64,000 nucleotides of DNA from Puniceicoccales bacterium (GCA_031260055.1 JAIRKQ010000003.1:9113-73112); one strand, 5' to 3'; positions 30,367-40,346 are shown, counted from the stretch's first letter. The notes: generated by a model from the letters alone, not told the origin. Numbers and translations: made by a program.

Positions 30367-31133
30367 TCACAATAAAAACAGCGGAGGAGATTGTAAAAAT
30401 GCGTTCGGCAGGTGCGGTGGCTGCTAGAATTTTGCATGCAATGGCCGAATATGCCGATGTGGGAGTTAGTACCTACGATTTGGATTGTTTCGGGCGAGAC
30501 TTGATGATGGAACTTGGAGCCCAGAGTGCCAGTTTCTACTATCATCCTGGCGGTAGAACTCCATACCCGGCCTATTCCTGTATTTCCCTAAACGATGAAG
30601 TCGTCCATGGCATCCCTTCCAAAAGTGTATTTTTGAAAGATGGAGATATAGTTAGCATAGATGTTGCCGTTTTTTATAATGGATATGTCGGGGACAATAC
30701 GAAAACCGTGCGCATAGGGAATGTTTCAAAGGAAGTTGATCGATTTGTCAGGGTAGCGGAAGAAGCCCTGGAGCTTGGCATTGCCCAGGCGATTGCTGGC
30801 AACAGGGTCGGAGATATTTCCCATGCCATAGAAAAACATGCCAAAAAAAATAGGTATGGCATTTTGAGGGATTTTGTGGGCCATGGGGTCGGTAAAAACA
30901 TGCACGAAGATCCACAAATTCCAAACTTTGGTCCTCCCGGGAAGGGACCAATTTTGAAACCCGGAATGACATTGGCCATAGAACCAATGTTTACCTTTGG
31001 TAGTGAAAAAGTTTTTATCGCCGATGATGGTTGGACGGTTAAAACTGTGGATGGGAAACTGGCCGTTCACTGTGAACATACAATTTTAATTACCGAGACT
31101 TTGCCAGAAATCTTGACTTTAGATAAAAAATGA
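30363..31133 (+). CDS. map: Methionine aminopeptidase type I
   Basis: MITIKTAEEIVKMRSAG ... DIVSIDVAVFYNGYVGD ... VGHGVGKNMHEDPQIPN ... LAIEPM. ATG 30363 overlaps the secY stop (ATGA). The ORF-track start at 30327 lies inside secY. Confidence 0.93.
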   Translation: MITIKTAEEIVKMRSAGAVAARILHAMAEYADVGVSTYDLDCFGRDLMMELGAQSASFYYHPGGRTPYPAYSCISLNDEVVHGIPSKSVFLKDGDIVSIDVAVFYNGYVGDNTKTVRIGNVSKEVDRFVRVAEEALELGIAQAIAGNRVGDISHAIEKHAKKNRYGILRDFVGHGVGKNMHEDPQIPNFGPPGKGPILKPGMTLAIEPMFTFGSEKVFIADDGWTVKTVDGKLAVHCEHTILITETLPEILTLDKK

Positions 31134-31175
31134 TTTTGGAATTCGATTTGTTAAAAACTTTAATGGTAAGAAATC

Positions 31176-31556
31176 ATGCCTCGTATTTTAGGAGTTGATA
31201 TACCCGATAGTAAAAAAGTCGGCTATGCATTGCAGTATATTCAAGGAATAGGTCCTGCTCGTTCAGCAATGATATTGGAAGCAACAGGAATCATTTCCGA
31301 CATGCGCGCCCGTGAATTGAACGAAGAGCATATTAATAAGATTACTTCTTTTATCAATTCTGCCGGATGGAAAATAGAAGGTGATTTGCGCAGGGAAATC
31401 GTGGCAAACTTAAAAAGATTACAGGCCATAAAGTGCTACCGCGGGTTGAGACATTACAAGGGATTACCAGTTAGAGGGCAAAGAACATCAACAAATGCGC
31501 GTACCAGAAAAGGTGCTCGAAAGACAGTTGGAGTTCTGAAAAAAGAAACAAAATAA
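31176..31556 (+). CDS. rpsM: 30S ribosomal protein S13
   Basis: MPRILGVDIP ... YRGLRHYKGLPVRGQRTSTNARTRKG. Confidence 0.96.
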   Translation: MPRILGVDIPDSKKVGYALQYIQGIGPARSAMILEATGIISDMRARELNEEHINKITSFINSAGWKIEGDLRREIVANLKRLQAIKCYRGLRHYKGLPVRGQRTSTNARTRKGARKTVGVLKKETK

Positions 31557-31580
31557 TTGGAATAAAAAGGATCTAGATAA

Positions 31581-32048
31581 ATGAGCGAAGACAAAAATAA
31601 TGATGCAAAAGTTGCTACCACGGAAGAAAAAAGTGAAAAGACTGCTTCCCTATTTGACGACGTTGTTGATACAACGGTAAGAAAAGCAAAAAAGTGTAAA
31701 AATATTACCAAGGGAATTTGTAATATTCTGGCCACATTTAATAACACGAAGGTATCCTTTGCAAGCCCAAATGGCAGCATAATTTCATGGGCCAGTGCGG
31801 GGAAATGTAATTTCCGTGGATCCAGAAAATCGACGGCCTATGCAGCCCAAATGGCCGTACAAGATGCCGGTAAAACAGCAATGTCACATGGGATGAAAGA
31901 AGTTAGCATAAAGGTTAAGGGGCCTGGCATGGGGCGCGATGCTGCGATTAGGACGGTTCAAGCATTGGGTCTTATCATCGATGAAATTATTGATGTCACA
32001 CCGATTCCCCACAATGGATGTCGTCCAAGAAAAGTAAGAAGGCCTTAA
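31581..32048 (+). CDS. rpsK: 30S ribosomal protein S11 (with an N-terminal acidic/basic extension)
   Basis: ATFNNTKVSFASPNGSIISWASAGKCNFRGSRKST ... PIPHNGCRPRKVRR. About 30 extra N-terminal residues. Confidence 0.94.
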   Translation: MSEDKNNDAKVATTEEKSEKTASLFDDVVDTTVRKAKKCKNITKGICNILATFNNTKVSFASPNGSIISWASAGKCNFRGSRKSTAYAAQMAVQDAGKTAMSHGMKEVSIKVKGPGMGRDAAIRTVQALGLIIDEIIDVTPIPHNGCRPRKVRRP

Positions 32049-32075
32049 CCTTCGAAATTTAGGAGTTTTTTATTT

Positions 32076-32684
32076 ATGGCAAGATATATAGGTCCAAGAG
32101 CTAGAATCAATCGAAGATTTGCGATGTCGGTTTTCCCTCCTGGGAATGCGGAGGAGCGAAAGCCGTACATTCCCGGTATGCATGGGCCCCGTTTGCGTCG
32201 AAAGGTTTCAGATTATTCGATTGGGCTTATGGAAAAACAAAAAGTCCGCTACATGTATGGTCTAACGGAGAAACAATTTCGGTTATATTTTGAGATTGCT
32301 AAGGGCCGACCTGGGATCACGGGGGTTGCTTTCTTGAAATTGCTCGAAATGAGGCTGGATAATGTCATTTATAATTTTGGAATTGCAAGGAGTCGTGCCG
32401 CAGCTAGGCAATTTGTTACCCATGGCCATGTGCGTGTAAATGGGAAAAAAGTTAATATTCCGAGCTATATTTGTAAGGCTAGCGAAGTTGTAGAAATTGC
32501 CGAAAGGTCTTCATCCCGTCAAATTGTTGTGCGTAATTGCGAATTAAACCGTGCCCGTAGTGTTCCCGCATGGCTTGAATTCAATTCAGCATTGTTACGT
32601 GGTATGGTAAACCGTGAGCCAGAACGTGAGGAAATTTCGCAGGAAATAAATGAACAACTCATCGTTGAATTTTATAGTCGTTAA
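32076..32684 (+). CDS. rpsD: 30S ribosomal protein S4
   Basis: MARYIGPRARINRRF ... LEMRLDNVIY..GIARSRAAARQFVTHGHVRVNGKKVNIPSY. Confidence 0.96.
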   Translation: MARYIGPRARINRRFAMSVFPPGNAEERKPYIPGMHGPRLRRKVSDYSIGLMEKQKVRYMYGLTEKQFRLYFEIAKGRPGITGVAFLKLLEMRLDNVIYNFGIARSRAAARQFVTHGHVRVNGKKVNIPSYICKASEVVEIAERSSSRQIVVRNCELNRARSVPAWLEFNSALLRGMVNREPEREEISQEINEQLIVEFYSR

Positions 32685-32708
32685 TTTTTAGTTTTTTGGA
32701 AAGTTTCT

Positions 32709-33692
32709 ATGAAGGTGTTGCATCAATTTGAATTACCTGATAAGCTGTATAAGGTTGAACAAACTGCGACAGATACCTATGCTATGTTTGTTGCTGAGCC
32801 ACTTGAGGCAGGTTTTGCCCATAGCCTTGGCAATGCATTGCGCAGGATTCTGCTGAGTTCTATAGAGGGAGCTGCGGTGGTTGCTATTACAATAGATGGC
32901 GTTAGCCATGAATTTCAAAGCGTTCCCGGCATAAAAGAAGATATCACAGATATCATTTTAAATATAAAAAGGGTTTTATTCAAAAAAGAAGGCAACGAGC
33001 CACTTGTTCTCACCATTGACGTTAATCGTGAAGGCCCCGTGCTTGCCAGTGACATCATCGGCGATGGAACATTTGAAATCTTGAATCCGGACCAGATCAT
33101 TTGTACCTTGGACAGAAAACAGAAATTTACTGCACAGCTTGAATTACGGGTTGGTCGTGGATATTTTCTTGGATCACAGCATGAACGGCGAATGGAAATA
33201 GGCCTTCTTCCCGTGGATGCATTGTTCAGTCCGGTTACTCTCACTAAGTATACCGTCGAAGATACCCGTGTTGGTCAGATCACAGACTATGATAAGTTGG
33301 TTTTGGAAATTTGGACCGATGGAAGAATTACACCTTCCGAAGCTCTTAAAGAAGCTGCCGCCGTTTTACGACGGCATTTGGATGTATTTGATACAGCCGC
33401 TGCGGGAGATATAGCCTTTGAAGATGCTAGCAAGGAAGCCGATGATGACCAAAACCGTCTCCACAAGCTTCTTAACATGAGCGTCAATGAGATCGAGCTG
33501 TCCGTTCGTGCTGCCAATTGTCTAAATAATGCTAATATTATGACGGTCGGAGAGTTGGTCATGAAGACGGAAGCTGAAATGTTAAGATATAGGAATTTTG
33601 GTAAAAAATCTTTGAATGAGATCAAAGAAAAAATGGAAGAGATTGGGCTTTCGCTTGGAATGAAAGTAGAAGAGCGTCTGCTGGATAGGTAA
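32709..33692 (+). CDS. rpoA: DNA-directed RNA polymerase alpha subunit
   Basis: GFAHSLGNALRRILLSSIEGAAV and the C-terminal domain block ELSVRAANCLNNANIMTVGELV...RNFGKKSLNEIKEKM. Confidence 0.96.
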   Translation: MKVLHQFELPDKLYKVEQTATDTYAMFVAEPLEAGFAHSLGNALRRILLSSIEGAAVVAITIDGVSHEFQSVPGIKEDITDIILNIKRVLFKKEGNEPLVLTIDVNREGPVLASDIIGDGTFEILNPDQIICTLDRKQKFTAQLELRVGRGYFLGSQHERRMEIGLLPVDALFSPVTLTKYTVEDTRVGQITDYDKLVLEIWTDGRITPSEALKEAAAVLRRHLDVFDTAAAGDIAFEDASKEADDDQNRLHKLLNMSVNEIELSVRAANCLNNANIMTVGELVMKTEAEMLRYRNFGKKSLNEIKEKMEEIGLSLGMKVEERLLDR

Positions 33693-33724
33693 GGATTCAA
33701 TTTTAACATAGCTTTAAGGAGAAA

Positions 33725-34318
33725 ATGCGTCACGGAAAACATAGATTTTTGTTGGGTTGTACGAAAGAACATCGCGAGGCCCTGATGGCAAACTTGGCAT
33801 CAGCGTTGTTGCGCCATGGAAAAATAGAAACTACTTTGGCGAAAGCAAAAGCATTACGCCCATTCGTCGAAAAAATAATCACAATGGCCAAAAAAGCCTA
33901 TCTGGCAGAGGATTCAGCCCAGAAGTTACACTACCGCCGTTTAGCAATCACCCGGATAAAAGATGAAGATGCTGTGGCCATCTTGTTTAATGATAGGGCG
34001 AGTGAGTTTGCTAAAAGAAATGGTGGATACTCACGGATTTATAAACTCATGCCACGGACGGGTGATGCTGCTAAAATGGCTATTATAGAGTTGGTTCTGG
34101 GTGGTGACGTTGGCTATGCTAAGTCGAAGAAGCGAAATGCTGCAAAGACAAAGAAAGCCACTCCATCCAACACTCCATCCAAAAGACCCAAACAGAAACA
34201 AAAAGTAGTTTCCGATGTAGTTAAGGAGGAGACAACTCCCACGCCCGACAAAAATGTACCAAAAACTACTAAAAGTACGCCAAAGACTAAGACTGCCACC
34301 ATGAAAAAGAGTAAATAA
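33725..34318 (+). CDS. rplQ: 50S ribosomal protein L17 (with a Lys-rich C-terminal extension)
   Basis: MRHGKHRFLLGCTKEHREALMANLASALLRHGKIETTLAKAKALRPFVEKIIT. About 70 extra K/T/P-rich residues at the C-terminus. Confidence 0.94.
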   Translation: MRHGKHRFLLGCTKEHREALMANLASALLRHGKIETTLAKAKALRPFVEKIITMAKKAYLAEDSAQKLHYRRLAITRIKDEDAVAILFNDRASEFAKRNGGYSRIYKLMPRTGDAAKMAIIELVLGGDVGYAKSKKRNAAKTKKATPSNTPSKRPKQKQKVVSDVVKEETTPTPDKNVPKTTKSTPKTKTATMKKSK

Positions 34319-34324
34319 AATTGT

Positions 34325-34537
34325 ATGATTTTTTGTGATTTTTCTTTGCTTTTATCAAGCAGTGCCATGATTTTGGCGTTGTTGGTAATCGAAGTTAGTG
34401 AAAAGGCACTATATCTAAAAGGAAACAACCGACTGTTTTGGTGTAAAAAGTGTGGAGAATTTTACCTAAACAAATCGGATATTGAAATTTGCGAATGTCC
34501 AATCTGCGGGACAAAAAATACTAAGCTATCATTTTGA
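34325..34537 (+). CDS. Hypothetical small protein: hydrophobic N-terminus + C-terminal CxxC...CxxC zinc ribbon
   Basis: 70-codon ORF ending in CKKCGEFYLNKSDIEICECPICGTKN. No family recognised and no strong RBS. Confidence 0.3.
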   Translation: MIFCDFSLLLSSSAMILALLVIEVSEKALYLKGNNRLFWCKKCGEFYLNKSDIEICECPICGTKNTKLSF

Positions 34538-34616
34538 AATAGAATGATACGCATATCTTGGCTTTTCAAAGTAAAACGAATCCTTTTTATTTGTAACATT
34601 AGGTTTATTTTAACCA

Positions 34617-35978
34617 ATGAAATATTTTGGAACAGATGGCATAAGGGGAAAATTTGGAACAGGCCTAATCTGTGAAGAATTTTTTCGTAGATTGGCAAAT
34701 GCGATTGAACTGTTTGCAATCAAAAAGCATAACAGAAAAGATCTTTCCACTTGCGTGGGGCGGGATACTCGAAAATCAGGAATTGTGTTGCAAAAAGCGT
34801 TTATCGGAGGATTTTCAAAGGACGTCAAAGTATTTGACTGCGGCATTTTGCCGACTCCGGCCATTGCCAAAATGACTCAGTACACAAAGTCGGACATTGG
34901 TATTGCAATTACTGCATCTCACAATCCAGCAAGTGACAATGGTATAAAATTTTTCAATGCAAGGGGGGAAAAATTTACGGTCACGGAAGAAGAAGAATTG
35001 GAACAAATATTGAAAAATATTACCAACATTGCTCCCCAAAGGCCACAGGTGATAGAATTTCACGGTGAAGCGAATCAAAATTATTGTAACCAATACAAAA
35101 ATTTTTTGCCAGCTGGAGCACTCTCTAAAACAGTAATCGCCTTGGATTCTGCCAATGGAGCAACCTATGAAGTGGCAAAAGAAATCTTCGAACATTTCGG
35201 AGCTCAAGTAATACAGATAGGGAATCATCCGAATGGAGAAAATATAAACGATGCTTGTGGTACCGAACATCCTGAAACTTTGACAACTCTAATGCGACAA
35301 ACGCCAGCTGTCATTGGAATCGCCCATGATGGTGATGGTGATCGGGTGGTAATTTTCGATGAAGTTGGAGAAAAAATCAATGGAGATATTCTCCTGGGCA
35401 TAGTCGCCAGTCACCTACAGACGACCAATGCGTTGCCGAATAGGTCAATGGTAACCACAATTCAAAGCAATTTAGGGCTCGACAAACATTTACAAGCCGC
35501 GGGCATAAATGTCCTTCGATGTGATGTAGGGGACAGAAATGTTTATCAAATGATGGTACGAAATAACTGTTATTTTGGAGGAGAAAATTCCGGGCATCTA
35601 ATTTTTAGAAAAATTTCTCCCATTGGAGATGGTATAGCAGCAGCACTGCTTGTGTTAGATATTGTCACCAGGAATAATATTAGGCTGTCTGAACTAAAAA
35701 CAAAGATTGCCTTATTTCCTCAAAAATCTTTTAATGTGTCTGTGAATACTAAGACACCACTTTCGGATATTAAGGGTCTAAATGAGGATATCGAGAAGAT
35801 AGATTCAAAATTACCGCCTCCTCACCGCGTATTAGTTCGATACTCCGGTACCGAATCAAAGTTGCGGGTATTGGTTGAAGCACCGGATCAGGAAGTAGTC
35901 AACGATGCTTGGAAAGACTTGAAAAAATCCATAATTGACCGCATGAAGGATAATGGAATTTCGGCTTCAATTTTGTAA
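34617..35978 (+). CDS. glmM: Phosphoglucosamine mutase
   Basis: MKYFGTDGIRGKFG, the active-site block TASHNPASDNGIKFF, the Mg loop AHDGDGDRV and GGENSGH. Confidence 0.92.
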   Translation: MKYFGTDGIRGKFGTGLICEEFFRRLANAIELFAIKKHNRKDLSTCVGRDTRKSGIVLQKAFIGGFSKDVKVFDCGILPTPAIAKMTQYTKSDIGIAITASHNPASDNGIKFFNARGEKFTVTEEEELEQILKNITNIAPQRPQVIEFHGEANQNYCNQYKNFLPAGALSKTVIALDSANGATYEVAKEIFEHFGAQVIQIGNHPNGENINDACGTEHPETLTTLMRQTPAVIGIAHDGDGDRVVIFDEVGEKINGDILLGIVASHLQTTNALPNRSMVTTIQSNLGLDKHLQAAGINVLRCDVGDRNVYQMMVRNNCYFGGENSGHLIFRKISPIGDGIAAALLVLDIVTRNNIRLSELKTKIALFPQKSFNVSVNTKTPLSDIKGLNEDIEKIDSKLPPPHRVLVRYSGTESKLRVLVEAPDQEVVNDAWKDLKKSIIDRMKDNGISASIL

Positions 35979-35981
35979 ATC

Positions 35982-36653
35982 ATGCAAAAGGAAGAGACAG
36001 AAAGTGACATTCTAGCAAGGGCACAAAAAGCCATTGGTGACGACGATGATTTTATCTATGCTAAATTTTTGTATCGCGAGGCCTTGGCTATTAATCCCCA
36101 AGATATCGCAGCAAGGACAGCGATACAAGAACTAAGGGAAAAATTTCCCGTTTCCACTTCTGTGTTCGGTGGGATTAAATTTATTTTCTTCGCCATAAAA
36201 CTATTAATTTGTAAGGCAAAAGGAAACTATGACCAGATGATCGATACTGCTGAAAACTTACTGGATATCAATCCCTCGAGTGAATTTGCCCTTAGAAATA
36301 TTTTATACGCAGCCTATGGTGCTGGGTACCACAAATTGGTAACATTTGTGTCAAAAAAAATAATGGAAATGGGGGCTGAACTGGAAGATTTAATCGTCAT
36401 AGCACAGTCATACCTCAAAGAAAAAATATTTGATCAGGCTGCAAAAATCGCCAAAGAAGCCATGGAACTGGATCCTGCCAATGAAGAAGCAAAGGATATT
36501 CTTTGGAAATCTTCCGTAGAAAAGCATATGAATTCGGATGTTGCATTGGTAACTGCCGATGGCAATAAGCGGTTTGTTCCTCCCAAAGTGGATGCTGATA
36601 AAATTTTTATCGCTTCTCACTCTTCTCACGATGAAAATGGAAGCAGACACTAA
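35982..36653 (+). CDS. TPR-repeat protein (function unknown)
   Basis: TPR-like helical repeats (YREALAINPQD, AKEAMELDPANEEA). It starts 4 nt after glmM. Confidence 0.6.
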   Translation: MQKEETESDILARAQKAIGDDDDFIYAKFLYREALAINPQDIAARTAIQELREKFPVSTSVFGGIKFIFFAIKLLICKAKGNYDQMIDTAENLLDINPSSEFALRNILYAAYGAGYHKLVTFVSKKIMEMGAELEDLIVIAQSYLKEKIFDQAAKIAKEAMELDPANEEAKDILWKSSVEKHMNSDVALVTADGNKRFVPPKVDADKIFIASHSSHDENGSRH

Positions 36654-36670
36654 ATAAAAGGAAATGGCAA

Positions 36671-37597
36671 ATGGGAGACTCTAACGATAGAATTGTTATT
36701 GGGTTGTGCACTTTTAATCGCCATGAACCTTTAAAAGAAGCATTGGACAGCCTAGCACAAATCGATATCCCAGAAAAGACGGAAGTTGAATTTATCCTGG
36801 TTGACAACGATGAAAATGGGGGAGCAAAATATATTTTCGATGCCTATGCTCCCGATATGCCGTTCAAATGTCATTATTTCGTGGAAAAGAACCGAGGGCT
36901 TGCCCATGTTAGAAATCGGGTAATAGAAGAAGCACTAAAATTGCGTGCAACAGCCATTGCCATGTTCGACGACGATGAAATTGTAGCACGGGAGTGGCTC
37001 GTGGAATTGTATAAGGCATTCAAAGAGTCAGGATCCGATGGTGTTGCCGGGACAGTTTATAGGTTACTCTCGATGGGCTCATCACCCATTGTCAAGAAAC
37101 TTTGGCCTAATCGTAAAGAACCTGCGAATATTTCCGTTAATTTATTACCTACCAACAATTGCTTATTTTCAACTAATTTGGTAGACTCTGATGGGGGAAA
37201 TATACGATTTAATAATGCTTTCAATTTTTCTGGGCGGGAAGATTTAATATTTTCATTTGATGCTCTACTTCAGGGAGCAAAATTTACATCTGCTCCTCAG
37301 GCTATTGTAATCGAAAAATTTCCCAAGGGGAGAAGTACGTTTAAATATCTGCTAAGGCGATGGTTTGATACTGGGATTACCGACGTAATGGTGGTTAGGC
37401 ATTATAGCTTTGGAATAGTAAAACGTACATTGAGAGAAATTTCAAACATTATGTGGAGATGCCTGATTTTACCTTTTCTGCCACTTGGAGGAGCCAAACC
37501 TCCTGCCACTGCTATTTTACATATAACAACTTCTTTGGGATGGCTATGTGGACTGTTTGGCAAAAAAACGGACTACTATTTTAAGCATAGCGACTAG
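36671..37597 (+). CDS. Family 2 glycosyltransferase
   Basis: VIGLCTFNRHEPLKEALDSL, FILVDNDENGG and the DxD-like FDDDE. C-terminal hydrophobic segments. Confidence 0.75.
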   Translation: MGDSNDRIVIGLCTFNRHEPLKEALDSLAQIDIPEKTEVEFILVDNDENGGAKYIFDAYAPDMPFKCHYFVEKNRGLAHVRNRVIEEALKLRATAIAMFDDDEIVAREWLVELYKAFKESGSDGVAGTVYRLLSMGSSPIVKKLWPNRKEPANISVNLLPTNNCLFSTNLVDSDGGNIRFNNAFNFSGREDLIFSFDALLQGAKFTSAPQAIVIEKFPKGRSTFKYLLRRWFDTGITDVMVVRHYSFGIVKRTLREISNIMWRCLILPFLPLGGAKPPATAILHITTSLGWLCGLFGKKTDYYFKHSD

Positions 37598-37758
37598 TTC
37601 AGCCTTTTTTTACAGAAATTAGTTTTGAAGCCATGATTTACCTTGTTTTTCTGATGCAAAAAGATGGTAAAACAGGCTCACGTAATGAAATGTCTTCAAA
37701 TATTATATTACTTGTACTTGCACAATTGAACATTTTATTTATTCCTGCTGGTGGCAAT

Positions 37759-37851
37759 GGAGAAATGGCTGAGTGGTCGAAAGCGCCTTCCTGCTAAGAA
37801 GGTGATCTCACAAAATGGGGTCCGAGGGTTCGAATCCCTCTTTCTCCGCCA
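37759..37851 (+). tRNA. tRNA-Ser (anticodon GCU), type II with long variable arm, CCA encoded
   Basis: Acceptor GGAGAAA/TTTCTCC. Anticodon stem-loop CCTTC-CTGCTAA-GAAGG. T arm GAGGG-TTCGAAT-CCCTC. Discriminator G followed by CCA. Confidence 0.9.
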
Positions 37852-37970
37852 TTATACCTGGAAAAAACTTCGCCTATTGGGATTATACAAATCAACATCC
37901 CATCTGTATTTCTCTTTTTATGAAGAAGGAGAACTAAACTTAAGCAACGGCTAGCTAATGACCTAGGGGA

Positions 37971-38168
37971 TTAGTTTTCCGCTAATGTTTGTAACCAGTC
38001 GCAATAGACTTCAGTATTTCCTTCAAATGAAGATAGGGCCTCATTAAATTTTTCATCCTGAACGGAAACCTTTTCATCGATTTCATATTTGAAGACGCTG
38101 TAGGTTTCATTTTCAGCTGGAACCCGTAGTTCGACCTCACCATCACCCATAAAATCTCTCCATTTCAT
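37971..38168 (-). CDS. Hypothetical small acidic protein
   Basis: 65-codon ORF with a strong RBS (GGAGGAGG) 7 nt upstream of ATG 38168. No family recognised. Confidence 0.55.
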   Translation of the reverse strand: MKWRDFMGDGEVELRVPAENETYSVFKYEIDEKVSVQDEKFNEALSSFEGNTEVYCDWLQTLAEN

Positions 38169-38238
38169 ACATTAACCTCCTCCGGGGTTTTGAGACTAGC
38201 AAATACCTTAAGAAAGGCAACATATTATTTTACGAGTT

Positions 38239-39012
38239 TTATGCAAATCCGCGAGAAGTAGAATCTACGAAACTCAAAAACTCATCCAGCAAGTCGGACA
38301 CAGTGACTTCAGACTTAATCTTTTTAATAGCTTGTGTCTTGTTTAATCCGCTTAGATAGAAAATTTTGAATATTTTTTTTACCTGCGAAATCTGTTGGTC
38401 AGAAAAATTATTCCTCTGTAAATTTACAACGTTCGGATATCGAACCCTTGAGGGATTGCCCTCGGCCAGCATATAGGGAGGAACATCTTGTGTGTTTTTC
38501 GATGAGGCACCAACCATTGAATATTTACCAATTCTACAAAATTGGTGTACGCCCACCCCCCATCCAATGTTCGTGAAGTCATGGAGAACAACATGTCCAC
38601 CCAAGGCAGCTTGGCTACCCATTATTACGTTATTACCTACGATGCAATCGTGAGCAACGTGGGCATAGGCAAGAAATACATTGCCATTACCTAAAATCGT
38701 CTCACTTTCTTCTTTCGTGGCTGTGTGTGCCGTACAATACTCCCGAAATGTGTTATTGTTGCCTATTTTTAGGCCAGGAAATCCTCCCGCATACTTCAAA
38801 TCCTGGGTCGGACCCCCAATGTATGCATATGGGTAAATTTTGTTATTTTCTCCCATTTGGGTTCTTCCATCTACGGTGGCATGGTGACAAACATGCGTTC
38901 CTTTGCCCAATGATACCATTTTCCCCACATAGGCATAGGCATCAATGCGAACATCATTGGCCAATTTTGCCCCTTTTTCAACTACTGCAGTCGAATGAAT
39001 AATTGTTGACAT
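38239..39012 (-). CDS. lpxA: Acyl-ACP:UDP-GlcNAc O-acyltransferase
   Basis: MSTIIHSTAVVEKGAKLANDVRIDAYAYVG hexapeptide repeats and a C-terminal helical domain. 257 aa. Confidence 0.9.
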   Translation of the reverse strand: MSTIIHSTAVVEKGAKLANDVRIDAYAYVGKMVSLGKGTHVCHHATVDGRTQMGENNKIYPYAYIGGPTQDLKYAGGFPGLKIGNNNTFREYCTAHTATKEESETILGNGNVFLAYAHVAHDCIVGNNVIMGSQAALGGHVVLHDFTNIGWGVGVHQFCRIGKYSMVGASSKNTQDVPPYMLAEGNPSRVRYPNVVNLQRNNFSDQQISQVKKIFKIFYLSGLNKTQAIKKIKSEVTVSDLLDEFLSFVDSTSRGFA

Positions 39013-39014
39013 AG

Positions 39015-40346
39015 CTACTCCCTAGCCCCTACGAGCATAAACATTAATTGGGCCGAAGAAACTACTTTGTCCCCTACTCTACACGTTGCCTCTGCAACAC
39101 CTATTTTGCCCCCTTTTTGCTTGAGTAATTTGACATGCACTTCAAGTTGATCTCCCGGAGTTACCGCCTGGCGGAACTTAACCTTGTCGCAACTCATAAA
39201 ATAGGCTATTTTATTATTTTCAGGGCCGATATTATTTAGCATTAAAACGCCAGCTACCTGTGCCATCGCTTCAAGTTGCAACACACCGGGCATAACTGGT
39301 TGCCCAGGAAAATGTCCAACAAAGTACGGTTCATTGATTGTGATATTTTTTATGGCACGAAGTTCATCTTTCCCTATAATTTCGGTAACCCTGTCAACCA
39401 TAATGAATGGATACCTGTGTGGCAATAAATTCAAGATTCTGTTAATATCGAAACCGATGTTCGAACTGACAAGGGGGCCAGCGGGAGATTTGGGAAGTAA
39501 CTTTTGGCCGGATTCGATTAGCTTTCTTTGGGCATATATTTCCTTTGTCAACTCAGCGTTCATTGAGTGTCCGGGGCGAATGGCAATGATGTGAGCTTTC
39601 AATGGACGCCCAATCAGTGAAATATCCCCGATTATGTCCAAGATTTTATGCCTAACAAATTCATCCTTGAATCTCAATGGTTCCTTCGACAAAATTTGCT
39701 CTCCTTTGATCACTATCGCAGAATCTATGGTTCCTCCTCGCACTCGTCCTATTTTTAACAGGTCTTCAATATCTTCGTAATGTACAAAAGTCCTTGCTGG
39801 AGCAATTTCGGCAATAAACGATTCCGAGTCAACGTCGATTGATAGATGTTGTGTATATAGCCCATGGTCATCTACCAGGGTTGCTGTTATTTTTAAGCCG
39901 TCGTAGGGCAGTGCCACCAATGAGCGGTTCCCCCTCGTAACGGTTATGGGTTCTCTGAGCTCAAAAACTTTCCTTTCGGCATCCTGTTCTACCGTCTCCG
40001 CCTGTAATATTAAATTTAGAAAATGTTTCGCGGAACCATCTAAAATTGGAGGTTCATCCCCGTTCAATTCAATGATGGCATTGTCAATTTTCATGGCGTA
40101 TAGTACGGAAAGAATATGCTCAACGGTGCAAATTGTAACGCCGCCCGATATCAGTGACGTGGAGCGGACTAGTTCCCCTAAATTCGCAACGTTGGGAATG
40201 ATTTCGGGCTTTCCAACCAAATCGATCCTTCTAAAAACTATGCCAGTGTTCGGTTCGGCGGGCTTTATAGTCATCGTTGTGTGCTGCCCCGTATGCAACG
40301 ACGTACCCGAGATCGAAGATTCTCGAAAAATTGTATGCTGTCTCAT
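39015..40346 (-). CDS. lpxC: Bifunctional UDP-3-O-acyl-GlcNAc deacetylase / 3-hydroxyacyl-ACP dehydratase (LpxC-FabZ fusion)
   Basis: The N-terminal ~280 aa is LpxC ([44 protein letters not shown]). The C-terminal ~150 aa is FabZ ([29 protein letters not shown]). It is a single uninterrupted ORF. Confidence 0.9.
   Translation of the reverse strand: MRQHTIFRESSISGTSLHTGQHTTMTIKPAEPNTGIVFRRIDLVGKPEIIPNVANLGELVRSTSLISGGVTICTVEHILSVLYAMKIDNAIIELNGDEPPILDGSAKHFLNLILQAETVEQDAERKVFELREPITVTRGNRSLVALPYDGLKITATLVDDHGLYTQHLSIDVDSESFIAEIAPARTFVHYEDIEDLLKIGRVRGGTIDSAIVIKGEQILSKEPLRFKDEFVRHKILDIIGDISLIGRPLKAHIIAIRPGHSMNAELTKEIYAQRKLIESGQKLLPKSPAGPLVSSNIGFDINRILNLLPHRYPFIMVDRVTEIIGKDELRAIKNITINEPYFVGHFPGQPVMPGVLQLEAMAQVAGVLMLNNIGPENNKIAYFMSCDKVKFRQAVTPGDQLEVHVKLLKQKGGKIGVAEATCRVGDKVVSSAQLMFMLVGARE

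Noticed and set aside
16676-34318. Dozens of 60-160 aa ORFs antisense to, or out of frame with, the ribosomal-protein, fusA, secY, map and rpoA genes (for example 17538..17966-, 22844..23275-, 26849..27289-, 33287..33772-).
   Set aside because: Each lies wholly inside a confidently identified conserved gene, lacks an RBS or recognisable motifs, and has biased shadow-frame composition. They are treated as non-coding.
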